A stretch of DNA of 64,000 nucleotides from an uncultured delta proteobacterium (GTDB lineage Bacteria > Myxococcota > Kuafuiibacteriia > Kuafuiibacteriales > Kuafuiibacteriaceae). The stretch spans positions 131,317-195,316 of the forward strand of contig CAWDML010000012.1 in assembly GCA_963803435.1 (NCBI GenBank), given 5' to 3'. Below the pieces are notes generated by a model. It worked only from the letters and a program-made list of their open reading frames with translations, made no database searches and was not told the DNA's origin. The number at the start of each line of letters is the position of its first letter. Position 1 is the first letter of the stretch. Positions 19,045 to 28,976 of this stretch are shown piece by piece. The position numbers were made by a program, and so were the translations under genes.

Positions 19045-21585
19045 TCGGGCCGCGGCGCCTGTCCCAGCTCCAGCGCGACGTGATTGTCGAGCAGGCGCCC
19101 GTCGACGAGCACCAGCCCCTGGTTGGCGCGGATCCCCACCTCGTTGCGCTCGAAGAGGAACCGCCGGACGAGCGCGTCCGAGTTCGTGATCTCGAGTCCG
19201 GTATCGCCGAAGCGACTCACCGAGAGATCGGTCGCCTCGAGCGTACAGCGCTGGAGGTTGAGGCCGATCGCGTCGCCGGAGCGGTCTCCGCCGTCAGCCC
19301 CGACGCGGGTCATCCGCACGGAGATGATGCTGTCATTGAAGAACTGCCCGCACTGGAACGGCTTGCCGCCGCCCGTCATGCGAACGTCGGCCAGCTCGAT
19401 GTCGGCGCCCGAGCGATCGATGTTGATCCCGGCGTCCCTGAGGTTCAGGAGCTCGACCCGCTCGGCCGAGAAGCGGGTCGGGAGGGCGGGCGCGTCCAGC
19501 CCGTCCCAGTTGATGAGGATCCCTCCGGCGATGTCATCGAACGTGGAGTCGTTGATCGCGGCGTCCCCGCCGCGGATGGCGAGCGGGAAGGCACCTCCGT
19601 CCATCCGCACGTGGGTCATCGTGACGTGCGCTCCCCGTCCTCCCTGCGCGTTGATGCCGCTCGAGACGCGCAGCATGGTGACGTCTTCGAGCGCGACGCT
19701 GGGCTCGAACTCGGCCGAGTTGACCGCGATGCTGACGCCCGCGATATCTCGGATCGCGACCCGCTCGGCGCGGAGGCTCGACTCCGCGACGCTGGCGGTC
19801 AACGAGATCGCGGCGCCCCCTCGGATATCGTGCAGCTCCGCGTCGGAGATCTCGAGCGCAGCGTCCAGGATCACCAGCGGGAGGGCGACGAACCCGCCGA
19901 GATCGGCGCGCGCGATCCGGATCGTGCTCTGGTCGGCGGCGTAGACCCCGCGCGGAGCGTCCCGCTCGGCGGCGATCGTCAGATCCCCGACCGCGAACGT
20001 GCCCCTCCCGGCGGCGATCAGACCGGGGCCGACCGTCTCTCCGATCTCGACGCGAGAGAGACGAGAGACACCGCCGGCCAGCAGGATGCCCTCGGTCACC
20101 GGGTTGGCGCCGGGATGGAGGTTCAGGACGCTCACATCGCTGATCGTGCTCGAGGAGGTGATCACGATGAACCCGGGTTCTTCGCTGTCCTCGATCGACA
20201 CGCGGCGACACTCGCCGTGACCCCAGAACCAGAGCGCGCCGCGGGTGGCGTCGTTCGGGTCGTCGGGGACGAGCGGGGGCGAGGCGACCCGGCGGATCAC
20301 GATATCCTCGAGGAGATGGCTGCCCGCGTCCCCGGGCTGGGTCGACGCGAGGACGGCGCAGCGCTCCACGTCCTCGACCAGCACGCCGTGGAGCTCCGCA
20401 GGCCCGAAGACGGTGATCGCGCCGGTGTTGGGCGAGCTCCCCGAGACGCCGTCGACGACCGCATCGGTGAGGATCAGCGGTCCAGTGACGTGCAGCGCGT
20501 ACCCGTGGACGCCCTCGGCATGGAAGCGATCGAGCGACAGCGACCCGGTGACGTCGACGCCAATCGTGGAGCCGCGGACCGCCAGGTCGGAGGCGATCAC
20601 GTCGCCGAGCGCGGAGATGGTGGCGAAGGCTTCGACGCCGTCCAGCGAGACCTCCGAACCGTCGACGCGGAGCCCCTCGCTGAGCCGAACGTCGTGGAGC
20701 TCGCTCCGATCGCCCAGGTGCACGTGGATGAGGTCGGTGGCCGTCACGCAGGCGCCGTGGATCGAGACCTGGTCGAGCAGCGGATACGCGTCGAAGTCGT
20801 AGCTCCCGGACGCGAGCGCCAGCACGGTCCCCGCAGGGAGCGATGCGGGGAGGCGGTTCCTCGGCGACGCTTCCGTGCCGCCCCCGTCCACCGGCTCCGC
20901 GGAGATCGACGTAGATCGCGCCCGGCGAGAGACCCTGCGCAAAGCGGCCCACCGCCGGACACTCGCGGCCCACGGTCTCGCAGGTCGATCCTCCGTAGCG
21001 CTGCACCGCGCCCGGCCCGCACTCGAGGAGCCCCTCCGGCGCCCAGGCCGGCCGCTCGGGTGGCGCCGGTGGGCGCATCGGCGCGAGCGGCCCTCGATCC
21101 GGTGGCCGCGGCGGCTCGGGATCGTCGACGCTGCAGGGCGTCTCGCAGCTGAGCGCGCTCCGCACGCATCCTCCTGCGGCCCAGCAGCCGAAGAGCTCGA
21201 ACGGGAGGCGTACGGAGGCGAGGTCGGGCGGGAGCGGCTCCTCCTTCCAGAGATCGAAGCCATGGGGCGTCCCCGGGCTCCACGCGATCGGCACCGGCAA
21301 CGGACGCCCGCCGGTGAGCGTGTCGAGGCGCGTGATCCCCGGCGCAACGCCGATCTCTTCGAGCGAGCGATCGTAGGCGACCAGATAGAGGCGCGCGTCC
21401 TTGGCGAGCGACAGCGGAACGCTCTCCCCGGGCCGGAGCCCGACCGCGATCGACGGCCGACCGTCCTCGATGGTGATCAGCACCAGCGAGGCGGCGCCCT
21501 CACGGGCCGGCAACGGCAGACGCTCGGCCGGAACGCAGGCGGTCCCCCAGAGCACGACCGCCGGCAGGCCGAGACGCCACCGCAC
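18993..21585 (-). CDS. Lipoprotein with right-handed beta-helix repeats (frameshift ~20905)
   Basis: GTG 21585, lipobox GTAC; Cys-rich N-terminus ending GAIYVD continues in another frame as SAEPVDGGGTEASP..GTVLALASGSY..IHGAC followed by beta-helix repeats. Confidence 0.7.
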
Positions 21586-21586
21586 G

Positions 21587-22135
21587 TCAGCCGAGCGCCT
21601 CCGCGAGCCAGAGCCGCGCTTTGGTCCAGTCGCGCCGGATCGTGCGCACGGAGACCGCGAGGGCCTCCGCGATCTCGGGCTCACGCATGCCGGCGAAGTA
21701 GCGCATCTCCACGATCTGAGCCATGCGCGCGTCCAGCTTCGCCAGCTCCTCGAGCGCCTCGTGCACGCGCAGGATCTCCTCCTCGGCGGCCGAGGCCCCG
21801 TCGACGTCGAACGTGAGGCTGACGTGCTCGGCGCCGGCACCCCGGCGCGCCGCGTTTCGCCGCCGCATGAAGTCCACGATCACGGTACGCATGACGCAGG
21901 CCGCGTGGCGCAGGAAGTGGACCCGATCCTGGAGCTCGCCGCCCTGGGCCTGCGCGAAGCGGAGATACCACTCGTTCACCAGGGCCGTGGTGTCGAGGAT
22001 CGCGCGCCCGCCGCCGGCCCGCAGCCGCGCCCGCGCCAGGCGGCGGAGGTCGGCGTAGGTGGTCGCGAGGAGCCGGTCGGCGGCCGAGACATCCCCGCGC
22101 TGAGCGCGACGAATCAGGTCCGTCACCTCGTGCAC
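21587..22135 (-). CDS. ECF-type sigma factor (planctomycete-like Sigma70_ECF family)
   Basis: EVTDLI..YADLRRLA..TTALVNEWYLR..VEMRYFAG..TIRRDW.KARLWL. Confidence 0.92.
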   Translation of the reverse strand: MHEVTDLIRRAQRGDVSAADRLLATTYADLRRLARARLRAGGGRAILDTTALVNEWYLRFAQAQGGELQDRVHFLRHAACVMRTVIVDFMRRRNAARRGAGAEHVSLTFDVDGASAAEEEILRVHEALEELAKLDARMAQIVEMRYFAGMREPEIAEALAVSVRTIRRDWTKARLWLAEALG

Positions 22136-22228
22136 GCCCTGCCTATACCAGAGCGGGAAACCCCGGCAAATGCAGGCCGCCCGGGGTCGATGGCCCATTT
22201 CTCCCCCGCATTGCGTTGATGCCGGAGC

Positions 22229-22876
22229 GTGGGCTCCCATCTCGATCTCGAGCGCCTGGACGCGGCGGCGATCCAGGCGGCCGTCGAGCGCGCGCTGGCG
22301 GGGGACGCGGCCACCCTGGACGCGCTGACGCGGGCCCTCGCCCCGGTGGTCCAGGTTCGGGTGGCACGCGCGCTGCTCCGGCGCGCGGCGGGCGCCCGCG
22401 GTCGAAACCTGAGGGCGGACCTGGAGGATCTGGTGCAGGAGGTCTTCGCCGTCCTCTTCACGGGACGCGGCCGCGCGCTGCGCGCCTGGGATCCTTCGCG
22501 CGGTCTCTCGTTCCTGAACTTCATCGGCTTTCTCGCCGAGCGCGAGGTCGGCATGCTGATGCGCACCTCCAAGCGCAACCCTTGGACCGAAGATCCGACG
22601 CCGAGCGAGACCCTCCAGGCGATGCAGCCGCGGTCCGCGAGCCACCAGGCGCAGCTCGAGGCGCGCGACCTGCTCGAGGTGCTCTGCGACCGACTGCGGG
22701 AGCGGCTCACGCCCCAGGGCCGCCTCTACTTCCAGCGTCTCTACGTGGAGGAACGATCGATCGAGAGCGTCGCCAGCGAGGCCGGGACCACCTCGGGTGC
22801 GCTCTACGCCTGGCGCGCGCGGTTCAAGACGATGCTCCGCGAGCTCGAGGCCGAGATCAGCGGCGAAGGGCGTTGA
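22229..22876 (+). CDS. ECF-like sigma-70 factor
   Basis: DLEDLVQEVF region 2; region 4 HTH SIESVASEAGTTSGALYAWRAR. Confidence 0.8.
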   Translation: MGSHLDLERLDAAAIQAAVERALAGDAATLDALTRALAPVVQVRVARALLRRAAGARGRNLRADLEDLVQEVFAVLFTGRGRALRAWDPSRGLSFLNFIGFLAEREVGMLMRTSKRNPWTEDPTPSETLQAMQPRSASHQAQLEARDLLEVLCDRLRERLTPQGRLYFQRLYVEERSIESVASEAGTTSGALYAWRARFKTMLRELEAEISGEGR

Positions 22877-22934
22877 TCACTCGCACTCGATCGGGCCGAG
22901 CGGGAGCGTCGGGGGCGCGTTGCTCGGTGCCCAC

Positions 22935-24713
22935 TCAGCGCACCGGCGCCTTCTCGCGCACGTGGATCGGCTGTGTCTGTCGACTCGAGCAGGCGCGACC
23001 GCAGAGCTCGTCGGCGACCTCGCTGCTGAACGGGAACCAGCGGAGGTACTCGAAGTCCTCGGTCACCTTCGGATCGTGGATCTCCATCGCCTTGGCGTGC
23101 TCGCTGGCCTCGTCGAGGATACGGCGCGCCTCCTCGAGGTACTGGTCGAGCACCCACTCGGGTTCGGTCGCGTGTCGAGCGCGATACTCGAGGCGGCCGT
23201 GGCTGTACTGGAGATCCGTCAGACGGAGCTTCGGATCCGGGTGGCCGTCCCGGTGGCGCCACTCTCCGGAGGCCGGGTTGAAGCCGTAGAACGGCAGCAG
23301 CCTCCAGCCTTCGTTCGCGATCAGGTGCACCGCCCTCAGGATGAACTGGAAGACCTGCTCCGAGATGAAGTAGTTGAAGTTCACCCGCACCCAGCCGGGC
23401 TTGATCCCCTCGCTACCCTTGAGGATCTCGTTCTCGAACTGGCGGGAGGTGCTGATGTCGATGCCGAGCAACCGGTGACCGTAGGGACCGGCGCAGGAGC
23501 AGCCGCCGCGGGCCTGGATCCCCAGGAGGTCGTTGAGCACCGCCACCACGAAGTTGTGGTGCAGGTACTGCTGCCCGTGGCCCACCACGAACGAGACGAT
23601 CGAGAGACGCCACGCCTTCGGGTTGCCGAGGATGTGGATGTTCTGGTTGTCCTTCCAGCTCGCGATCGCCCGGGTGATGAAGTCCTCCTCCTTGGCCCGG
23701 ATGGTGTCGCAGCCGACCGCCTCCTTGAGCTGGAAGACCATCCCGGCGCGGATCGACTCGATGATCGCCGGCGTCCCGCCCTCCTCCCGCATCTCGATGT
23801 CGTTGAGATAGCGGTGCTCGTTGGGGTTCACGTACATCACCGTCCCGCCGCCGGGCATCGAGGGGACCTGGTTCTTGAACAGGTGCTTCTTCGCCACCAG
23901 CACGCCGGGCGTTCCCGGGCCCCCGATGAACTTGTGGGGCGAGAGGAAGATCGCGTCCTTATAGATGAGCGTGCCGTCCTCCTGGTCGTCCTCCCAGTTC
24001 ATGTCGATCTTCACGTAGGGCCCGGCCGCCGCGAAGTCCCAGAAGGAGAGCGCGCCGTAGCGGTGGAGCAGCGCCGCCACCGCGCGCGTCTGGCCCCCGA
24101 TCCCCGTGACGTTGGAGGCCGCCGAGAAGCTCCCGATCTTGAGGTTGCGATCGCGGTAGCGCTCGAGCTCCTGCTCCAGCAGCGCCAGATCGATCAGGCC
24201 GTCCGGCGTCTCGCTGATCACGACCAGGTCGCAGATCGACTCGCGCCACGGCAGCTCGTTCGAGTGATGCTCGTAGGGTCCGATGAACACCACCGGGCGC
24301 TCCTCCTCCGGGATGCGCTCGGAGAGGCGGTAGCGCTCGTCGAGGTTCTTGGGGACGCGCAGGTTCATCACGTCGATCAGCTTGTTGATCGCGCCGGTGG
24401 CCCCCGAGCCGCAGAAGATCAAGACGTCGCGATCGTCGGCGCCCACCGACTGCTTGATGATTCGCCGCGCGTCCTCGCGAAAACGCGTCGTCTGGAGGCC
24501 GGTGCCGGAGGTCTCGGTGTGCGTGTTCGCATAGAGCGGCATCACCTCGTTCCGGATGAAGTCTTCGATGAACGTGAGCGAGCGCCCAGAGCCCGTGTAA
24601 TCTGCGTAGGTGACCCGCCTGGGTCCGAACGGGCCCTCCAGCACCTCTCCGTCTCCGATGATCGAGTCTCGGATGGTCTCGAGGAGGCGCTCGCCGTCGT
24701 GAGAAACTGCCAC
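22935..24713 (-). CDS. Aminotransferase class V PLP enzyme (cysteine desulfurase-like)
   Basis: YADYTGSGR, YANTHT, EHHSNELPW, SPHKF, EEGGTP, RGGCSCAGPY. Confidence 0.93.
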   Translation of the reverse strand: MAVSHDGERLLETIRDSIIGDGEVLEGPFGPRRVTYADYTGSGRSLTFIEDFIRNEVMPLYANTHTETSGTGLQTTRFREDARRIIKQSVGADDRDVLIFCGSGATGAINKLIDVMNLRVPKNLDERYRLSERIPEEERPVVFIGPYEHHSNELPWRESICDLVVISETPDGLIDLALLEQELERYRDRNLKIGSFSAASNVTGIGGQTRAVAALLHRYGALSFWDFAAAGPYVKIDMNWEDDQEDGTLIYKDAIFLSPHKFIGGPGTPGVLVAKKHLFKNQVPSMPGGGTVMYVNPNEHRYLNDIEMREEGGTPAIIESIRAGMVFQLKEAVGCDTIRAKEEDFITRAIASWKDNQNIHILGNPKAWRLSIVSFVVGHGQQYLHHNFVVAVLNDLLGIQARGGCSCAGPYGHRLLGIDISTSRQFENEILKGSEGIKPGWVRVNFNYFISEQVFQFILRAVHLIANEGWRLLPFYGFNPASGEWRHRDGHPDPKLRLTDLQYSHGRLEYRARHATEPEWVLDQYLEEARRILDEASEHAKAMEIHDPKVTEDFEYLRWFPFSSEVADELCGRACSSRQTQPIHVREKAPVR

Positions 24714-24772
24714 CTCTTTACTGTTTTCCTCTTGTTCACCGGTAATCAACCGTGGAGATTGCGGAAATCGCG

Positions 24773-26404
24773 ATGAACAACCAGCAGAGCCACGACATCC
24801 AGGGCGTCATGGAGCGGGAGCTCAAGCGCGCGATGAAGGGGCTCAAGTCTCCCGGCCATCCGCGGCCCTACTTCATCTCGTACCTCCTTCACATGACCGA
24901 GGGGCTCGACGTGTGGGGTCGGTACGGATCGGTGTTCAACTCCGAGCCGATCAAGAGCTCTGATCTCTACACCGAGGTCCGTGTCGGATCGCATCGTCTG
25001 GACCAGACCATCGACGGCGGCCTCCATGGCGAGCTCGGCGAACGCGAGTCGTACAACTGGCTGGTCGGTCCGCAGGACCTGAACCCCGAGGCGGTCCGCT
25101 ACGCGTTCTGGAAGCTGACCCAGCTCAAGTACTGGGAGGCGCTGCAGGAGTACTACGACAAGAAGAAGATCCTGGTCGAGCAGCACCTGCGCCAGGACGC
25201 ACACTCGTTCAGCAAGGAGGCCCGGCTGGTCAAGAACACCAAGCTGGTCGACCTCAAGTTCTCGACGGCGCGCTGGGAGGCGTTCGTCCGCGAGAGCTCG
25301 AACCTGTTCAAGACCCACAAGAACCTGGTCGACCCGTACGTGCGGATCCGCGGCGCGGCGCGGTACCGGGTCTTCGTCAACTCGGAGGGCAGCAAGTTCA
25401 TCTGCCAGGAGAACTTCTTCGAGGTCGGCATCAACGCCTGGCTCCTCACCAAGAACGGCGTGTACCTGAACTCGTCGAAGTACTTCTACGGCCGCTCGCC
25501 GAAGGAGCTGCCGAACATGGAGCAGGTCGCCGAGGCCATCGAGGCCGTGGCCCGCGACCTCGTCGACCTGGCCAAGGCGCCCCCGATGGATCCCTACGCC
25601 GGACCGGCGCTCCTGTGCGGGCTGGGCACCGGCTTGATCTTCCACGAGGCCATCGGCCACCGGCTCGAGGGCGAGCGCATGGTGTCGCGCAGCGAGGGCC
25701 ACACGTTCGCCTCGAAGATCGGCAAGCAGATCCTCCCGAAGGGCGTGGAGCTGCTCGACGATCCCAGCCTCGCCAAGTGGAAGGGCACGCCGCTGTACGG
25801 CCACTACCTGGTGGACGACGAGGGCGTGGCCTCACATCCGGTCAAGCTGGTCGAGGACGGCGTGCTCAAGACGTTCCTGATGAGCCGCGCCTGCGTGCCC
25901 GGCTTCAAGACGTCCAACGGCCACGGGCGCCACGAGCGCTATCAGGACCCGATGGCGAGGATGGCGAACCTGATCGTGAAGTCGACGGACCGCTACTCCT
26001 GGGACGAGCTCAAGTCGATGCTCCTCGACGAGGTCAACAAGCGGAACCTGCCGCATGGGATCATCGTCAAGAACGTGTCGAGCGGCGAGACCCGCACCGA
26101 CCACTACGACTTCCAGGCCTTCAAGGGCGTGCCGACCGAGGTCTATCTGGTCGACCCGAGCAACGGCAAGGAGGCGCGGGTCCGCGACGTGAACTTCATC
26201 GGCACGCCGCTCGCGGCGATCCAGCGGATCAAGGCGTTCGGCGCGGACTACCAGGTCGACAACAGCTACTGCTTCGCCGAGAGCGGCTCGGTGCCCGTCG
26301 CCACCGTGGCCCCTTCGATGCTGGTGGAGGAGCTCGAGCTCCAGCGCTCGAGCACGCGGCACTTCCGCCCGCCGATCCTCAGCTTCCCGCCGATGAACGG
26401 CTGA
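24773..26404 (+). CDS. tldD: TldD/PmbA family metalloprotease
   Basis: FHEAIGHRLE zinc motif, DDEGV, SNGHGR, C-terminal YC.AESG.VPV..VAP. Confidence 0.85.
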   Translation: MNNQQSHDIQGVMERELKRAMKGLKSPGHPRPYFISYLLHMTEGLDVWGRYGSVFNSEPIKSSDLYTEVRVGSHRLDQTIDGGLHGELGERESYNWLVGPQDLNPEAVRYAFWKLTQLKYWEALQEYYDKKKILVEQHLRQDAHSFSKEARLVKNTKLVDLKFSTARWEAFVRESSNLFKTHKNLVDPYVRIRGAARYRVFVNSEGSKFICQENFFEVGINAWLLTKNGVYLNSSKYFYGRSPKELPNMEQVAEAIEAVARDLVDLAKAPPMDPYAGPALLCGLGTGLIFHEAIGHRLEGERMVSRSEGHTFASKIGKQILPKGVELLDDPSLAKWKGTPLYGHYLVDDEGVASHPVKLVEDGVLKTFLMSRACVPGFKTSNGHGRHERYQDPMARMANLIVKSTDRYSWDELKSMLLDEVNKRNLPHGIIVKNVSSGETRTDHYDFQAFKGVPTEVYLVDPSNGKEARVRDVNFIGTPLAAIQRIKAFGADYQVDNSYCFAESGSVPVATVAPSMLVEELELQRSSTRHFRPPILSFPPMNG

Positions 26405-27071
26405 GCGCCGAGAGCCGCGCCGCGGCCTCCGGCGAGGCCCGCTTCCTCGACCAGTGCGCCCGCTGCAGCGCCGCCCAGGCCGGGAAGAGCGGATCATCGC
26501 GCACCGCGCCCAGGAACGCGGCCTCGAGCGACAGGGCTCGCGGCGGCCCCGGCTCCGCGGCGATGATCAGGAAGAACCGATCGCCGTCGGCGACGAAGCG
26601 CTCCTCGACGCTCGGGTAGCCCATCGATGCCAGCGCGGTCCGGACCTCCTCGAAGCCGGTCCCCGGCTGGAGCACCAGCCGCTCCAGCCCCAGCTCCGCC
26701 GGCGCCCGCGCGCGCGTGATCGCACGGATGCTGCGCTCGCCGATCCCGGCCATCACCGCCACTTGGACCTCACCGGGAGCGAGCGCGAGGCCGTCCGCCT
26801 GCCGCAACTCGACTTGCACTCCGAGCCGAGCAGCGTTGGCCGCGGCGCGGGCCAGCGGCTCGGCGTTGCGGTCGATCGCGATCGCCCGCGGACAGCGACC
26901 CGAACCCACCAGCGCGATCGGGAGCAAGCCGTGATCCGTCCCGATGTCCGCCACGCTTCGGCCGTGCGGTACCAGACCGGCGATCGCCGCCAGCCGCGCG
27001 CCCAGGCCGAAGCGCGCCAGCGCCGGATCGATGGGAGCCTCCGGCCAGCCGTCGGGGAGCCGCCAGCTCAC
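26379..27071 (-). CDS. trmK: tRNA (adenine22-N1)-methyltransferase
   Basis: RLAAIA..VADIGTDHGLLP, DGL, MAGIG, LVLQP. Confidence 0.88.
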   Translation of the reverse strand: MSWRLPDGWPEAPIDPALARFGLGARLAAIAGLVPHGRSVADIGTDHGLLPIALVGSGRCPRAIAIDRNAEPLARAAANAARLGVQVELRQADGLALAPGEVQVAVMAGIGERSIRAITRARAPAELGLERLVLQPGTGFEEVRTALASMGYPSVEERFVADGDRFFLIIAAEPGPPRALSLEAAFLGAVRDDPLFPAWAALQRAHWSRKRASPEAAARLSALSRSSAGS

Positions 27072-27312
27072 CACCCCCGCAAGCCGGGTGGGCGCGCGGG
27101 AGTCAACGCGGAACGGCCGCGGCCGGTGCCAAGGCGGGTGCACAGGCGGTGGAGGGGTCCCGAGCGCGGCGGGAAACGCGTGTTCCGTGGGCTGGGTGCC
27201 GGTTCCCGTGTCCGTGGTGCGTGACGGTGACCACCTGCGTGAGGGGGACCGCCGCTCGGGCGGCTGTGAAGTGGGCTTGGCAAGCCGGGCGTGAACCGCC
27301 CGGGGCTCCGCG

Positions 27313-27327
27313 TGGCACCGGCCTTGC
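27313..27327 (+). promoter_or_regulatory. Sigma-54 (-24/-12) promoter
   Basis: TGGCACCGGCCTTGC matches TGGCAC-N5-TTGC exactly, 12 nt before ATG 27340. Confidence 0.75.
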
Positions 27328-27339
27328 GACGGACGGCGC

Positions 27340-28488
27340 ATGCGCAGCGCTCTCTTGCTCGTCCTCGCCCTCGCCCTGACCGCTTGCGGCGGGCCCGAGG
27401 CCGACACCGCCCGCTCCCGCCTGGGCGCCTGCGGCACCACCCCCGCCCCCTCGCTCTTCGACCACGCCCTCTGCCTTTGCGGCGACTTCCTCGACGTCGG
27501 CATGGCGCGGGTCGGACCGGGCCACGATCCTGCCTCCCTCGCGGTCGACGGACGCTCCGAGTCGGTCTCGATGACCGTGGTGGACGGAGACTTCATCCCG
27601 TACGGCGGCCTGCGAGCCACGGCCGACCTGGCCGTGAACGGCAACCTCGAGAGCAGCGCCGATGTCCAGTGGGTCGGGAAGCTCGGCGTCCGCGGCGACG
27701 TCGACGTCGGCGGCGACTTCACCGGCGTCGGCGATCTCGAGGTGGAGGGGAACGTGGCGGTCGCCGGCGAGCGGTTCACGCTCGGTCGCGAGCGAGTCGG
27801 CGGCGTCGACCGCTACCTCGCGAGCGCCGGACCGCCCTGCGACTGCGACCCCAGCACCTTCCTCGACGTGCCGGCGCTGGTCTCGCTGGCCCGCACCGAC
27901 AACGACAACGCCGCGCGCGGCTTCGAAGCCGGCGACGTGCTCTCGGTGGGCGACCTCTCGATGTACCTGGAGACCGGCCGCTACTACTTCGAGGACGCGC
28001 TCACGATCGGCCGGGCGCACCTGACGATCGCGGGCGCGGTCTCGCTCTATCTCGACGGCAACGTGGCCTCGGTCGGCGACGGACGGATCGAGATCTTACC
28101 GGGCGCATCGCTCGATCTGTACGTCGCCGGCTCGGTGGCCACCGTGGGACGCATCGACCTCGGCGATCGGAGCGATCCCTCACGGTTCCGCCTCTACATC
28201 GGCGGTGACCGACCCGTTCAGATCGGCGTCGGTCTCACCGAGATCGCCGGCTCGATCTACGCGCCGCAGGCGGAGATCGTCTGGGTGGGTGACACGCGCA
28301 TCGAGGGTGCGGTCTTCGCGAACGACCTCGGCGGCGTGGGCCGGTTGGACGTCCGCTACACGCGTCCCGTCGCGGTGGACGTCCCGCCCGACGAGTGCCC
28401 CGAGCCGGCCGACCCGCCGCCGGCCGGGGGCAACGGCGGCAACGGCAACAACGGCGGCGGCCCCGCCGGTGGCCAGCCCGACATCTAG
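27340..28488 (+). CDS. Lipoprotein with beta-solenoid (DUF7305-like) domain
   Basis: Lipobox LTAC; V.GD repeats; PPCDC; GSIYAPQAEI..GAVFA. Confidence 0.75.
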   Translation: MRSALLLVLALALTACGGPEADTARSRLGACGTTPAPSLFDHALCLCGDFLDVGMARVGPGHDPASLAVDGRSESVSMTVVDGDFIPYGGLRATADLAVNGNLESSADVQWVGKLGVRGDVDVGGDFTGVGDLEVEGNVAVAGERFTLGRERVGGVDRYLASAGPPCDCDPSTFLDVPALVSLARTDNDNAARGFEAGDVLSVGDLSMYLETGRYYFEDALTIGRAHLTIAGAVSLYLDGNVASVGDGRIEILPGASLDLYVAGSVATVGRIDLGDRSDPSRFRLYIGGDRPVQIGVGLTEIAGSIYAPQAEIVWVGDTRIEGAVFANDLGGVGRLDVRYTRPVAVDVPPDECPEPADPPPAGGNGGNGNNGGGPAGGQPDI

Positions 28489-28508
28489 CCTGCTACGCTG
28501 CGCGCGAC

Positions 28509-28967
28509 ATGGTCGCGTTCTGGGGCTCCCGCGCATTCGGCAAGGTCGACGAGGTCCCCGGGATCTTCCACGTGAGCACAACCTTTCTGCACGTGCTCTA
28601 CCTCCCCGTGGTCCCCCTCAAGAGCCACCTGGTCCACCGCGACGTGCCGCTCCCGATCCGCCTCTCGCCGAAGAGCGTGCTGACCGCCTGGCTCCGCGGG
28701 GCGCTGGGGCTCTCCGCCGTCTGGTCCGTCCTGGCGTTCGCCGCGGCGCTGGCCACCGCCTCCCCGCTCTCGGCGGCCTATCACGCTGGGGCTGCGGCGA
28801 TCGCGATCGGCCTCCTCACGCTGACGAAGAAGCTCAAGCCGATCACGCGATGCAGCCCGGCGCGGGCCCGCGCGATTGCGGCCAGGGCCGGCCTGGACGA
28901 TGACCGCATGCAGCTCCTGGAGGCGCACTTCCTGGCCATGGATGCGGCACGCGCGGCGTCGCGTTAA
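28509..28967 (+). CDS. Hypothetical membrane protein
   Basis: FWGSRAFGKVD..FLHVLYLPVVP; two TM segments. Confidence 0.65.
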   Translation: MVAFWGSRAFGKVDEVPGIFHVSTTFLHVLYLPVVPLKSHLVHRDVPLPIRLSPKSVLTAWLRGALGLSAVWSVLAFAAALATASPLSAAYHAGAAAIAIGLLTLTKKLKPITRCSPARARAIAARAGLDDDRMQLLEAHFLAMDAARAASR

Positions 28968-28976
28968 CCTCCCCTG

